Both the position numbers and the translations under genes were made by a program. Below the pieces are notes generated by a model. The model made no database searches, was not told where the DNA came from, and saw nothing but the letters and a program-made list of their open reading frames with translations. A stretch of 64,000 bases of DNA from contig JAWKQE010000005.1 of NCBI GenBank assembly GCA_041390305.1, forward strand, positions 144,380-208,379, written 5' to 3'. This document shows positions 35,458-45,810 of this stretch, piece by piece. Origin of the DNA: Candidatus Eiseniibacteriota bacterium. Lineage in GTDB: Bacteria > Eisenbacteria > RBG-16-71-46 > CAIMUX01. Numbering within the stretch: position 1 is the first letter of the stretch; every line of letters begins with the position of its first letter.

Positions 35458-37608
35458 GTGGCTCACGATCGCTCTAGGCCTCGCGTCGCACGGAGACTGT
35501 TCACGAATCCTGTCCCGGCCTCGCCGACATTCCGCAGACGCTCACGTTCCTGGCTCACGAACGCGGCCCTGATCGCTGCCTGGATCGGTGCCCCTCTCTG
35601 CGTGGGCGAGGCCGGGGCGGCCCCCTCTCCGCCGCTTCGGGGAACGGCCAGTCTCCACTTCCACCTGGACCAACTCGCCGTCCTGGATCTCGCAGTCACC
35701 GACGTCGTCGAGAGTGGAGAGCGTGACGGGCGGCTCCACCCGACCGAGGAACCGCTCTGGACGTTTTCCGTCGCGGTCGGAAGTGAGTTCGACCTGGCGG
35801 GGACAACTCGAGCCCGGATCGACGTAAACGCGCTCAGCGCCGACCTCTCCCACGAAGGAGGCTTCGCCATCCGCGACCTCGCGACCGGCGACCTGCTCCC
35901 CTTCCGGCCGTTCCAACTCGCGTGCGATGCGGGATCGAGCGAACTCAGCCTGATCGGCTCGGACGGAGCGGCGCGGCTCCGCCTCGATCACGCGCGCATT
36001 CTCGGGAGCTCTCCGGCGCACGGACACAAGACCGTCCGCATTCTCGACTTCGACCTGCGCATGACACGCTCCGCGGCTCTCTCCCTCCAGCGCCCCGATC
36101 TGGAGGACGCGCTCATCGGAACCGGGCAGTGGATTCTGGACCTCGAGTCCATGGACGCGTCGGAGGAGATCTCCGGGCTGCAAACCCGCGCGGATCAGGA
36201 CCCATCCACCCTCCGCACTTCGATCTCGACCACCGGCTGCACGACCGACGGAAAGCTCGCGGAGCTCTACCAGCCGGCGACGTTCGGGAGGATCGGCTCC
36301 TTCCCCGACGGCGAGACCTCGCTCGCCCTGGCGACGACGATCTGCAACATCGGCGACTGTTCCATCCCCTGGAACGCGCCGATGAACGAGGCGCATCCCG
36401 GCGTAGCCATGCAACTCTATCGTCTCGCGGACGGGAAGTTCGAGCAGATCGGCCTCAGCGACGTGAAGCACGGCTACTTCCCCTTGGGACTCGACGGATG
36501 CGGAAACCTCTGTACCGACCTCCCGAACGACCTCGGCATCGGATGCCAGGACACGTACGGTGCGTCGAGCAACGCGGATCGCCTCTGGCTCGCTCCCCGG
36601 GACGAGTGGTCGGGCTTCCTTGGAACGTGGGAGTGCACCGGAAGCCACTTCGCGGGCGGCGAGCCGGACTGCGTACGCCGCCACGACAGCTCCGGGCACG
36701 ATCCGGTGGAGCATCGTCTTCGGGTACGCGACGCCGATCTGATCGACCCGACCGACTCCTACTTCATCGAGGCGATGTACATCGTCGCGGGGGACGTCGA
36801 TCGCTTCGACAACTACGGCCACCGTCCGATCACGTTCGTCCGCACGGGAGACGACTACACATTCAGCGTGGGGAGTGGATTCTCGGCGACCGAAGGCCCG
36901 GCACTCCAGGCCTGGGGACCTGAGCTCCACTGGGGAACGTTCCCGGGAGAAGGCAACCTGCTCCTCGGCTACTCCGTCACGAACATCGGCGGCGGCCAGT
37001 ACCAGTACGAGTACGCGCTCCAGAACCTCGACTCCGATCTCGGCGTGAAGAGCTTCCGGGTTCCGATCGGAAGCGGAGCACTGAGCGGAATCGGCTTCCA
37101 CGACCCGAACGGAGACGAGCTCGACGACTGGACGGCCACCGTCGACGGCAACGAGCTGATCTGGGAAACGGAGACGAACCCGATCCGGTGGGGAAACCTC
37201 TACAACTTCCGCTTCGTTTCCCCGGAACCCGGAGTTCCCGGCCTCATCTCCTGTGCTTCCTTCGTCGGCGCATCGACTGCAACGATAGAAGCGCTCGTTC
37301 CCGGCGACGTGTCTTCGGTCCCCTCGACCCGCGTCGACTTCGCCCTCGAGATCAGACCGAACCCGACCGCGCACGCGAGCCGGATCGAGTTCAGCCTGCC
37401 CCGCACCGCAGACGTCGGTCTCGATGTGTACGACAGCGCGGGCCGACTGGTTCGCCGGCTCGTCGCGGGACCGCTGTCCGCCGGTGTTCACCGCCTGGTG
37501 TGGGACGGCACGGACGACCGTGGTCTGGACGTCGGCTCCGGAGTCTACTACTGCCGACTCGGAGCGGACGGAGAAGCCGCGATCCGTACGGTGCGCCGAG
37601 TTCGGTAG
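35458..37608 (+). CDS. Large secreted hypothetical protein with FlgD-like/T9SS-type C-terminal domain
   Basis: GTG start with GGAAGGAG SD. N-terminal TM/signal (LTNAALIAAWIGAPLCVGEA). C-terminal ...GSGVYYCRLGADGEAAIRTVRRVR. Directly downstream of the ECF sigma factor. Confidence 0.6.
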   Translation: MAHDRSRPRVARRLFTNPVPASPTFRRRSRSWLTNAALIAAWIGAPLCVGEAGAAPSPPLRGTASLHFHLDQLAVLDLAVTDVVESGERDGRLHPTEEPLWTFSVAVGSEFDLAGTTRARIDVNALSADLSHEGGFAIRDLATGDLLPFRPFQLACDAGSSELSLIGSDGAARLRLDHARILGSSPAHGHKTVRILDFDLRMTRSAALSLQRPDLEDALIGTGQWILDLESMDASEEISGLQTRADQDPSTLRTSISTTGCTTDGKLAELYQPATFGRIGSFPDGETSLALATTICNIGDCSIPWNAPMNEAHPGVAMQLYRLADGKFEQIGLSDVKHGYFPLGLDGCGNLCTDLPNDLGIGCQDTYGASSNADRLWLAPRDEWSGFLGTWECTGSHFAGGEPDCVRRHDSSGHDPVEHRLRVRDADLIDPTDSYFIEAMYIVAGDVDRFDNYGHRPITFVRTGDDYTFSVGSGFSATEGPALQAWGPELHWGTFPGEGNLLLGYSVTNIGGGQYQYEYALQNLDSDLGVKSFRVPIGSGALSGIGFHDPNGDELDDWTATVDGNELIWETETNPIRWGNLYNFRFVSPEPGVPGLISCASFVGASTATIEALVPGDVSSVPSTRVDFALEIRPNPTAHASRIEFSLPRTADVGLDVYDSAGRLVRRLVAGPLSAGVHRLVWDGTDDRGLDVGSGVYYCRLGADGEAAIRTVRRVR

Positions 37609-37648
37609 CCCTCGGGGTTCGCCACACGAAGGACTGAGCCGCAGGCGG

Positions 37649-37690
37649 GCGCCGCCCCATGCCGCGCCGGCCCGCGGCATGGGGCGGCGC
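37649..37690 (+). terminator. Perfect 18-bp GC-rich stem-loop (GCGCCGCCCCATGCCGCG-ccggcc-CGCGGCATGGGGCGGCGC); likely transcription terminator or protein-binding palindrome
   Basis: Seen directly in the sequence, 40 nt after the stop of the upstream CDS. No U-tract. Confidence 0.45.
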
Positions 37691-37771
37691 GTGAAACGAC
37701 ACACGCGCCGCGTCCCCCCTTCCCAGGACCGTCTCCTTACCGGACAATGCACGGGTCAGGAGAAACACACC

Positions 37772-38680
37772 ATGCAATGCACCGTGCACTATGTCCATGA
37801 GCCGCTGGCGTACATCGACATCGGCCCCCACGTCTTCCCCACGGAGAAGTACGACCTGATCGCGGAAGCGCTCCGCCGAGATCTGGGCGTCGAGAAGGCG
37901 CGGATCCATGGTTGGGAAGCGCTCACCGAGGCAGACCTCGCCCGCGTCCACACACCGCAGTATCTGTCCGACCTGTACCACGCACGCATCTCCCCTGCCA
38001 CGGAGTCGAGCGAACTCCCGGTCACCCAGACGATCATCCAGGGGTTTCAGCGGATGGCCGGAGGAAGCCTCGCCGCGGCTCGACTCGCACGTCGCCACGG
38101 TGTCGGCTTCCATGTGGGAGGAGGGTTTCACCACGCGTTCGCGGACCACGCAGAGGGGTTCTGCTACGTCCACGACATGGCGATCGCGATCGAGCATCTG
38201 CGCGTCAAGGAAGGCCTGGGGCGCGTGCTCTTCGTCGACGTGGACGTCCACCAGGGCAACGGGACCGCCGCCATCTATGCGAACGACCACGAGACCTTCA
38301 CGTACTCGATCCACCAGGAGAACAACTACCCGGTGAAGGAGACGAGTGACCTCGACCGGGGGCTCGACGACGGGATCGGGGACGAGGAGTACCTGGCCTG
38401 CCTCCGCGAGGATCTCGAGAGGATCGACCAGTCCTTCGCACCAGAGCTCGTCTGCTATGTCGCCGGCGTGGATCCGCACATGGATGACATGCTCGGCGGA
38501 CTCGCGCTCACGGAGAGCGGGATCCTGGAGCGGGATCGTCTCGTCCTCTCGCGCTTCGTCGGCCGGGGCATCTCCGTCGCGGTCTTCCTCGCCGGCGGCT
38601 ACTCGCCGAGCCCGGAACAGACCGCCCGCCTCCATGTCGGAACGGCGAGAGCGGCGGAGGAGGCCTGCCGAGTCAGGTAA
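37772..38680 (+). CDS. Histone deacetylase-family (HDAC / AcuC-like) deacetylase
   Basis: Internal ATG 37772 with AGGAGA SD. HDAC signatures GGGFHHAFADHAEGFCYVHD and DVDVHQGNGT. Confidence 0.8.
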   Translation: MQCTVHYVHEPLAYIDIGPHVFPTEKYDLIAEALRRDLGVEKARIHGWEALTEADLARVHTPQYLSDLYHARISPATESSELPVTQTIIQGFQRMAGGSLAAARLARRHGVGFHVGGGFHHAFADHAEGFCYVHDMAIAIEHLRVKEGLGRVLFVDVDVHQGNGTAAIYANDHETFTYSIHQENNYPVKETSDLDRGLDDGIGDEEYLACLREDLERIDQSFAPELVCYVAGVDPHMDDMLGGLALTESGILERDRLVLSRFVGRGISVAVFLAGGYSPSPEQTARLHVGTARAAEEACRVR

Positions 38681-38825
38681 GGAGCGCAGGCGCCGAGACA
38701 TCCACGGAGTTCAGTGAGAGCGATCGTGGGAGAACTGCCGGGTTCGGTGAACGGTACGATCGACTTCGACGCGACCCCGCGCGCTCGGCCGGTGTGAACC
38801 CGACCGAACGCGCGGAACGCGAGAG

Positions 38826-40628
38826 CTATTCGAGAATGACGACGCGCGAGGACGCTGTGCTCGTCTCCGTCCGCGCACGGACGAGATAGATGCCCGCGGG
38901 CAGGGACGCTCCCCGGTCATCGCGCCCATCCCACACCACGGTCTTCGTTCCCGACGGCACGACGGCATCGACCAGGCTGCGCTGGAGACGACCATCGGAC
39001 GAGTACACGTCCACCGAAACCACGCCGGTCACCGGGACGTCGTACTCCAGTGTCACCTGGTCACGGAGCACCGTCGGCACCGCGCGCAGGGATCCCGCAT
39101 TCGGCCCGACCGCAACGTCGTCCACCGCGGACGGAGCGATCGGAACGGTCACGCGGAAGAGTCCTTCCAGCACCACGGTTCCACGCGACGTATCCGAGCT
39201 TCCATCGGCGGAGGAAGCGGCATCCTCCGCGGCCGAGGCGCCTTCGATGCCAAGCGCATCGCAGACCTCGACGGAGAGAGCCTCACCAGGGTCGGTCGAG
39301 AGAACATCACCGCCGTGATCGGGCGCGGCCACCAAAGCCGACCGCCATCCGGTCTGACGGGCGAGCGTGATCGGAATCTCGACATCCGCGGTGAAGTACG
39401 CATCGACCTCGTCCCCGAACCGATCGCCCAGAGTGAGCGAGCTGATTCCGGTGAAGTCCGTGAGACGCGTTCCCGCGTCGACCAGTCCGTCTCCGTCCCA
39501 GTCGACTTCGTCGTTCTCCACGAGCACGATCTGATCGTTGACGATGAGCGCCTCGAGGGCCGCCGTTTCTCCCACGATGTCCCAGACCAGCGCATAGTCT
39601 CCGTCCGCGTTGAGATACCCGCCTTCGATCGCGCCGGTCAGGGTCTCGCCGTCCAGAACATCGCCCTCGCGGAGTACGAGGACACCGTCACGCGCATAGA
39701 ACTCGTCCGTCGCGGTGGAGCCTCCGGCCGTGTTTCCGGTCAGCATCCAGTCACCGCTCTCGGTGATTCCGACGAAGTCGAGGCCCGCCCAGGTCTCGAC
39801 GCCGTCGCCACCGGACTCGACCGGAATCACGACGCCTTCCCGCACGGGTTGACCGTTCGATTCCGCCACCGCGCCGTCGATCCCGATCGCGGTGTCGACC
39901 GAGGACGAGGCGTTGAGTGTCACCTCCGCGACGTAGTGCGTTCCCAAGGACGAGAACCGATAGTCGAAGGAGATGTTCGTGACCGGGACGGGGAGCCCCG
40001 CGAGCATGTCGCCGCTGAAGATGAGCGGAGTGGCGTCGAATCCGTAGAACAGCCCACGGTCGACCGTGGAACCGCCTTGCGTGTCGGTGACCCCACCCAC
40101 CCAGTAGGGCACTCCATCGGCCGTCACTCCGGGGCGACTCCCGAACGACCAGAACCGGTTCGGATCGTTCGGATAGACGTCCTCTTCCACGGCGATCGGA
40201 GCTTGATCCAGCCAGACAGCATCGAGACCGGTAGATCCGCTCACGGTATCCGTGCAGCTCGGGCTGTACGACACCTCCCCGGCATCGCCGATTCCGAAGA
40301 AGCTCTCGAACGACGTCTGGATGTACTGGCCGTAGGCTCCCTCCATGAAGAGGACGCCACCGGCGCCGCCATCTGCAGATCCCCAAACGTAGCTCGTCGT
40401 GTTTCCTCCCAGATCTGCATTGAGAGTGACTGCATAGCCGTCTGCATGGTTGACGGCGGAGTTGCTGAGCGAGGTGATCGTCTCTCCGTCTCCGACGAAT
40501 GGGTCGCCTTCGTGGATCAACGCGCTGGCGACTTGCGCTGCGGCGGGAGAAGGGACGAGAGCACAGGTGAGGGCGATGCCCGTCGCAACGGACGCGAGCG
40601 CACCGCACACTGGACGCAACCTCGGCAT
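38826..40628 (-). CDS. Secreted hypothetical protein with FlgD-like/T9SS-type C-terminal domain
   Basis: CTAGGAGG SD. Signal peptide MPRLRPVCGALASVATGIALTCALVPSPAAA. C-terminal ...AGIYLVRARTETSTASSRVVILE. Confidence 0.6.
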   Translation of the reverse strand: MPRLRPVCGALASVATGIALTCALVPSPAAAQVASALIHEGDPFVGDGETITSLSNSAVNHADGYAVTLNADLGGNTTSYVWGSADGGAGGVLFMEGAYGQYIQTSFESFFGIGDAGEVSYSPSCTDTVSGSTGLDAVWLDQAPIAVEEDVYPNDPNRFWSFGSRPGVTADGVPYWVGGVTDTQGGSTVDRGLFYGFDATPLIFSGDMLAGLPVPVTNISFDYRFSSLGTHYVAEVTLNASSSVDTAIGIDGAVAESNGQPVREGVVIPVESGGDGVETWAGLDFVGITESGDWMLTGNTAGGSTATDEFYARDGVLVLREGDVLDGETLTGAIEGGYLNADGDYALVWDIVGETAALEALIVNDQIVLVENDEVDWDGDGLVDAGTRLTDFTGISSLTLGDRFGDEVDAYFTADVEIPITLARQTGWRSALVAAPDHGGDVLSTDPGEALSVEVCDALGIEGASAAEDAASSADGSSDTSRGTVVLEGLFRVTVPIAPSAVDDVAVGPNAGSLRAVPTVLRDQVTLEYDVPVTGVVSVDVYSSDGRLQRSLVDAVVPSGTKTVVWDGRDDRGASLPAGIYLVRARTETSTASSRVVILE

Positions 40629-40677
40629 GGGGGACCTCCTAGGTTGGGACTTGATGTGCTTTGAAGGCCCCCGGAGC

Positions 40678-41709
40678 TTAGTCCCCTACGGCAGGCCGGA
40701 CAACGCCGGGCGCATCGGAAGACTCGAACCCGATGGTGCGCAACCGTTCACCACCCGCTGCCCCCGCCACCCGACCGACCCTGGACGCGTCGACCACCTC
40801 GATTCGGATCCTGCAGAGCGTCTGGTAGACAGGTAGGTCGTCCCGCATCCACAAGTAGAGCATGTGGATCGTGCCGACCTCCTCGCTACCGAACACATAG
40901 GGTGCGTCGAGTGTGCTCCGCCGAGTCCAGCCGATCCATCCGCCGATCCCGTCGGGATCGCTCGGGGTCATGTCCTCGGGGTCCGCGACGTCGAGGGCGT
41001 AGTTCGTCTCTCCCGGATAGTTTCCGTACCATCCAGCGTCGATCACCCAATCGAGAGTGAACGGAGTGTCTGCCGCGACGCTGACGTCCCAGACACCGGG
41101 CCCGGGACCGAACTGAGTGCTCCCGTACCCCTCGGAACGGACGTCGACGAGCGGCCCGAGGAGGAAGTCCGGTGCGGCGAGGAACGTCACGTAGTTTCGA
41201 TCGTACTCGAGCTCCGGCTCGGGCATGCCCGAAGCGTCGACGGCCCGAACCGCAACCGCGAACTGGTTGACATTGGGGAACGCGTGCCGGAACCCTCTCA
41301 CGTTCGGGCCGACCCGGGTCCACGCAATCGGATCCACCCCCGCCTCGCGGACGACATTCTCACCGGTGAGCAGCTTCTCGAGAATCACTTCCTGAGTATC
41401 GCGGATGAGGTCGATCTCGACGGCCTTGTACTCGAATGCGGAGGGCCGGGCCGGCCCGTTGAGGTCGACTCCTGAATCGAACGCGTCCCACTCCGCGATG
41501 AGATTCGCCGGAGCCTGACGGAGAGAGTTGTCGTGGCTGAAGTTCGGGCGAGTCAGTCGGGCTCGGGGGCCCGCGTCTCGATACGCCTCGACGTTGGGGC
41601 CGAGTGGCGGAGAAGGATCCTCGGAGACGGCGGTACACCCGATCGTCCCCGTGAGGGTGAGGAAAGCCGCGAGGCCGAGAAGACGCCGAAGAGCCTGGAT
41701 CTGAGTCAT
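40678..41709 (-). CDS. Hypothetical lipoprotein
   Basis: Internal ATG 41709 (MTQIQALRRLLGLAAFLTLTGTIGC lipobox). No recognisable domain. Confidence 0.5.
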   Translation of the reverse strand: MTQIQALRRLLGLAAFLTLTGTIGCTAVSEDPSPPLGPNVEAYRDAGPRARLTRPNFSHDNSLRQAPANLIAEWDAFDSGVDLNGPARPSAFEYKAVEIDLIRDTQEVILEKLLTGENVVREAGVDPIAWTRVGPNVRGFRHAFPNVNQFAVAVRAVDASGMPEPELEYDRNYVTFLAAPDFLLGPLVDVRSEGYGSTQFGPGPGVWDVSVAADTPFTLDWVIDAGWYGNYPGETNYALDVADPEDMTPSDPDGIGGWIGWTRRSTLDAPYVFGSEEVGTIHMLYLWMRDDLPVYQTLCRIRIEVVDASRVGRVAGAAGGERLRTIGFESSDAPGVVRPAVGD

Positions 41710-41972
41710 CGTCCATTTCCTTCCAACCCGGCAGAGAGGAAAGGACACGAGACCACCGTTCGCAGCGGAACGACTCCATGCAGCGAGAAGGGGAGAGACG
41801 GCGCCGGAGGAGCTTGGTGGGAACGGTAGACACTCGCCGTGACGATGGCAAGCAATCCGTTTGTACACGATCCACAATGAGGCCGGTATCGGCCGGGAGT
41901 GCTAGACTGCCGGGTTCCAAGGGCCGGTTCGGCCAAGGATGACGAAGTTCCGCATCGAGAGGACGATCAGCT

Positions 41973-44900
41973 TTGAAGAAGAGCGCTCCGGCCTGCCGGA
42001 TCGAAGGCGCGCGCACGCACAATCTCAAGGGCATCAGCTGCCAGATCCCGTTCGGGAAGCTCACCGCGGTTACAGGAGTTTCGGGTTCCGGGAAGTCGAC
42101 CCTCGCGTTCGACGTTCTCTACGCCGAAGGCCAGCGGCGTTTCGTCGACTGCCTTTCGACCTACGCTCGTCAATTCCTCCAGCGGCTCGATCGTCCGGAT
42201 GTCGACCGGATCGGAGAGATCCAGCCGCCGATCGCCCTCAAACAGCAGGTGTCGATCCGGAACGCCCGCTCGACCGTCGGGTCGATCACCGAACTGTCGG
42301 ACCTCCTCCAACTGCTCTTCGCCCACGGAGGAACGCCCCATTGTCCGGCGGACGGGACCGAACTCGTGCTCCACACGGCCGAGAGCGCCGCGGAGGCGCT
42401 GCGATCCCTCGGGGCGGACCGGAAGTTCGTACTCACGGCGCAGGTTCGACTCCCCGCCGGAACGGGCGGGCTCGCTGCCGCAGTCGCGCTCGGATATCAG
42501 GAACAGGGCTACACGCGCATCTATCGAAAGAGCGAAGTCCAGGAGTGGACCGAACCCCATCGAGGGGGAGACTACGACGTCGTGATCGATCGGTTCACGA
42601 CTCGTGCGCTCCCCCGCGCCCGCGCACTGGAAGCGATCGAGGCGGCGTGGAAGCTCGCCGGTGGACGGGCCGACGTCTGGGAACTCGGCGAGGCAGAGCC
42701 GCTCACCTCGCTCACCGAAGGGCTCTCGTGTCCGACCTGCCACGAACGGACCCGTCCTCTGCGTCCGCAGCTCTTCTCCCCCAACTCACCACTCGGCGCG
42801 TGTCCCGAGTGCAACGGGTTCGGGCGGATCGTCGTCCTCGACCGCGACAAGGTCGTGCCGAATGGAAGCCTGAGCCTCGACGAGGGCGCAGTGGTTCCGT
42901 TCGAGACCAAGACGGGACGGCTCTTCCGGAGAGCGATGCTCGCGGAGGCCAAGGCCCGTGGCATTCCGACGAACGTGCCCTTCCGCGACCTCTCCCCGGC
43001 CGAGAAGGACTGGGTTTTCGAGGGGGCGCCGGTCGAACGACGGAAGCGGCCCGCCGCCGGGAAGACAGGCGCAAAGACAGGCGGAAAGGCTGGCGGAAAG
43101 GCCGGCGGAAAGGCCGGCGCACAGGCAGGCGCACGGGCAGGCGCGGACGTGCCTACCCAGGCAGCCATCTCCGCCACAGTTCGGTCCGCGGCGCGGAGGT
43201 ATCGCGGCGTCGAAGGCCTCTTCAAGAAGCTCGAGCGCAAACGGTACCGTCCTCACGTCCGGATCTTCCTCGCGCGGTTCCGGGGATACGAGACGTGCCC
43301 CAAGTGCCGCGGGTCCCGCCTCCATCCGGTCGCGCTCTCGGTGACGATCGGAGGGCTCGACCTCGCACGGATCGAGCAGATGCCGGTCCAGGATCTGCTC
43401 ACGTTTCTGGAACAGCTCGATCTCGGCTCGGCGCGGACCGCACGCGTTCGACTCGTCCTGGACGAAGCGAAGGAGCGGCTCGAGTACCTCACGGAAGTCG
43501 GCCTGGGGTACCTCACGCTCGCGCGCACGGCCCGCACGCTCTCGGGCGGCGAAACCCAGCGGATCCGGCTCGCCTCCGGCCTCGGGACGTCTCTGACCGA
43601 GACGCTCTACGTCCTCGACGAACCAACGGTCGGCCTCCATGCCGCCGACACCGCGCGCATGCTCGAGGTCCTGCGCCAACTCTGCGCGAGCGGGAACACG
43701 GCGGTCGTCGTCGAGCACGACCCAGGGATCGTCCTCCACGCGGATCATCTCATCGTGCTCGGCCCCACGGGCGGAGAAGGCGGCGGTGAGGTCGTCTATG
43801 AAGGAACGACCGACGGATTCGTAATGGAGCATCCGGAGTTCTTCCGCGTGAGTGACGCACTCGGCCGGCTCGGGAGCGAGGAGCACCGGGTGGCAGGCGC
43901 CGACGCGCGCAGCGGACCCGCGTCTGCGATCCGGCTCCGCGACGTCCGGCAGCACAATCTCGAGATCGAAGCACTCGATCTCCCGACCGATCGCCTCGTC
44001 GTGATCACCGGTGTGTCGGGTTCCGGGAAGTCCACGCTCATCGAGGACGTGCTCTATCGGAACGCGCTCCGCCAGTTCGGAAAGCCGGTCGAGGACGTCG
44101 GGCGGGTCGGTGAGCTGACCGGTCTCGACTCGTTCACCGAAGTGCTCCTCGTCTCCCAGAATCCGCTCGGCAGGTCGAGCCGCTCGACACTCGTCAGCTA
44201 CACCGGCCTCCTCGCGCCGGTACGGAAGCGTCTCGCGTCCACCCCACGCGCGAAGGAACTCGGCCTCCGTCCGGGAGACTTCTCCTTCAACGTCCCGGGC
44301 GGACGGTGCGAAACGTGCAAGGGGATGGGCTCGGTCCTTCTCGAAATGCACTTCATGGCCGACGTAGAGGTCACCTGCGAGGTCTGCAAGGGCAGGCGCT
44401 TCCGCGAGGACGTCCTCGAAGTGACGCACGGAGGACGCTCGATCCTCCAGTATCTGGACCTCACCGTGAGCGAGGCCCTGGAGGTGTTCGAAGGCGACCG
44501 CGACGCGGTGCGGCGACTCACGCCTCTCATCGACGTCGGACTCGGCTACCTGCGCCTGGGGCAGAGCACGTCCACTCTCTCCGGCGGAGAAGCCCAGCGT
44601 CTCAAGCTCGCGAGCCTGCTCGCGGAGGGCCAACCGACTGAGAAGCGTCCGGCGAAGAGCACGAAGGCGGCACGCAAGAAGTCACGCTCCGCCAAGAGCC
44701 CGGCGACATCCGCCGGCCGTCGGGTCTTCCTCTTCGATGAACCGACTTCCGGGCTCCACCCACAGGACATCCAGAAGCTGCTCGATGCACTGCGAGGACT
44801 GCTCGCGCTCGGACACGCCGTCGTCGTGGTCGAGCATCAACTCGACTTCATCGCATCCTGTGACTGGATCGTGGACCTGGGACCCGGCGGAGGCGCGGAA

Positions 44901-45113
44901 GGTGGCCGCCTGCTCTACTCGGGCGCGGTTCCGAGAATCCTCGACGTTCCGGGGTCCATCACGGGAAGACTGCTCCGCGAGCAGATCTGTGGACCGGCCT
45001 GCATTGGCGAGCAGGTCGCCGAACGAAGCGACGATGCCCGGCGCCAGAAACGGACGCGCGCCGCTTCCAGGAACAGGAAGAAGGGGTCGACGGAGACCAC
45101 GGCGCCCGCGTGA
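41973..45113 (+). CDS. UvrA-like ABC ATPase paralog (1046 aa) with a Gly/Lys-rich insertion
   Basis: TTG start. Two Walker A sites (GVSGSGKSTLAFDVLYAEGQRRF; GVSGSGKSTLIEDVLY). Two signature motifs (LSGGETQRIRLAS; LSGGEAQRLKLAS). Zn-finger Cys pairs. Insertions GKTGAKTGGKAGGKAGGKAG and KRPAKSTKAARKKSRSAKS. Confidence 0.8.
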   Translation: MKKSAPACRIEGARTHNLKGISCQIPFGKLTAVTGVSGSGKSTLAFDVLYAEGQRRFVDCLSTYARQFLQRLDRPDVDRIGEIQPPIALKQQVSIRNARSTVGSITELSDLLQLLFAHGGTPHCPADGTELVLHTAESAAEALRSLGADRKFVLTAQVRLPAGTGGLAAAVALGYQEQGYTRIYRKSEVQEWTEPHRGGDYDVVIDRFTTRALPRARALEAIEAAWKLAGGRADVWELGEAEPLTSLTEGLSCPTCHERTRPLRPQLFSPNSPLGACPECNGFGRIVVLDRDKVVPNGSLSLDEGAVVPFETKTGRLFRRAMLAEAKARGIPTNVPFRDLSPAEKDWVFEGAPVERRKRPAAGKTGAKTGGKAGGKAGGKAGAQAGARAGADVPTQAAISATVRSAARRYRGVEGLFKKLERKRYRPHVRIFLARFRGYETCPKCRGSRLHPVALSVTIGGLDLARIEQMPVQDLLTFLEQLDLGSARTARVRLVLDEAKERLEYLTEVGLGYLTLARTARTLSGGETQRIRLASGLGTSLTETLYVLDEPTVGLHAADTARMLEVLRQLCASGNTAVVVEHDPGIVLHADHLIVLGPTGGEGGGEVVYEGTTDGFVMEHPEFFRVSDALGRLGSEEHRVAGADARSGPASAIRLRDVRQHNLEIEALDLPTDRLVVITGVSGSGKSTLIEDVLYRNALRQFGKPVEDVGRVGELTGLDSFTEVLLVSQNPLGRSSRSTLVSYTGLLAPVRKRLASTPRAKELGLRPGDFSFNVPGGRCETCKGMGSVLLEMHFMADVEVTCEVCKGRRFREDVLEVTHGGRSILQYLDLTVSEALEVFEGDRDAVRRLTPLIDVGLGYLRLGQSTSTLSGGEAQRLKLASLLAEGQPTEKRPAKSTKAARKKSRSAKSPATSAGRRVFLFDEPTSGLHPQDIQKLLDALRGLLALGHAVVVVEHQLDFIASCDWIVDLGPGGGAEGGRLLYSGAVPRILDVPGSITGRLLREQICGPACIGEQVAERSDDARRQKRTRAASRNRKKGSTETTAPA

Positions 45114-45129
45114 CGGCGCGCGGAAGGGG

Positions 45130-45738
45130 CTACTTCTTCTTTCCCTTGCCGTCGAGGAAGTCCTTCGCGCGCCGCTTCAGCCAGTCCTCCGGCTCTTCCA
45201 TCATCCACACTTCCGGTTCGACGCCGAGAGCGTTCGCGACGCGGCTCGTGTAGTTGACGTAGGAGATGACCTGGGTGGCGACGACGAGCGTCTCGTCGTT
45301 GTTGCCGCCGGCGCGAGCGGCGTCGATGTCTTCCGCGGTCATCTCGCCGGGCTGAAGCGTCAGCTTGAGGGCGTAGTCACAGAGGGAACGGTCGTTTTCT
45401 TCGAGCGCGGCCTTCCGGTAGTCGAGGGTGATCTGCTCGGCGAGCTTCTTGTTTCCGGTCGCCTCGACGTACTCCTTGAAGTACTGGAACGTCGTGTAAT
45501 AGCAGACGTTCGCGTTCCCGACGACCATGCCGAGAATGGCGCGCCGCTCCGGAGTGAGCGCGTTCTTCGTCTTCATAAGGTTGGTGTCGAGGTTGTGGGC
45601 GGCCTGCGTCGACTTCGCGTCGATGCTCGTGGCGCGGATCAGCTCGGAGATCTCGCCATCCCGGGCCATGGACGCATCGAACACCCGCCGAATCGCACCG
45701 GATGCGTTGTCCTCGTTCACCTGCTTCACATAGCTCAT
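45130..45738 (-). CDS. CMD/AhpD-like (peroxidase-related) family protein
   Basis: All-helical, about 200 aa, with a carboxymuconolactone-decarboxylase-like core (ILGMVVGNANVCYYTTFQYF). Family assignment is tentative. Confidence 0.45.
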   Translation of the reverse strand: MSYVKQVNEDNASGAIRRVFDASMARDGEISELIRATSIDAKSTQAAHNLDTNLMKTKNALTPERRAILGMVVGNANVCYYTTFQYFKEYVEATGNKKLAEQITLDYRKAALEENDRSLCDYALKLTLQPGEMTAEDIDAARAGGNNDETLVVATQVISYVNYTSRVANALGVEPEVWMMEEPEDWLKRRAKDFLDGKGKKK

Positions 45739-45810
45739 CCGCTCACCTCCATTGGCCCGCTATTGTCGCGCCCCCGCGCGCGGGCCGCAACCTTGGATCC
45801 CGAGGCCCGG

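Noticed and set aside
41939-43789. 616-aa plus-strand ORF in an alternative frame over the UvrA-like gene.
   Set aside because: R/P/G-rich nonsense, whereas the neighbouring frame gives a full-length UvrA homolog.
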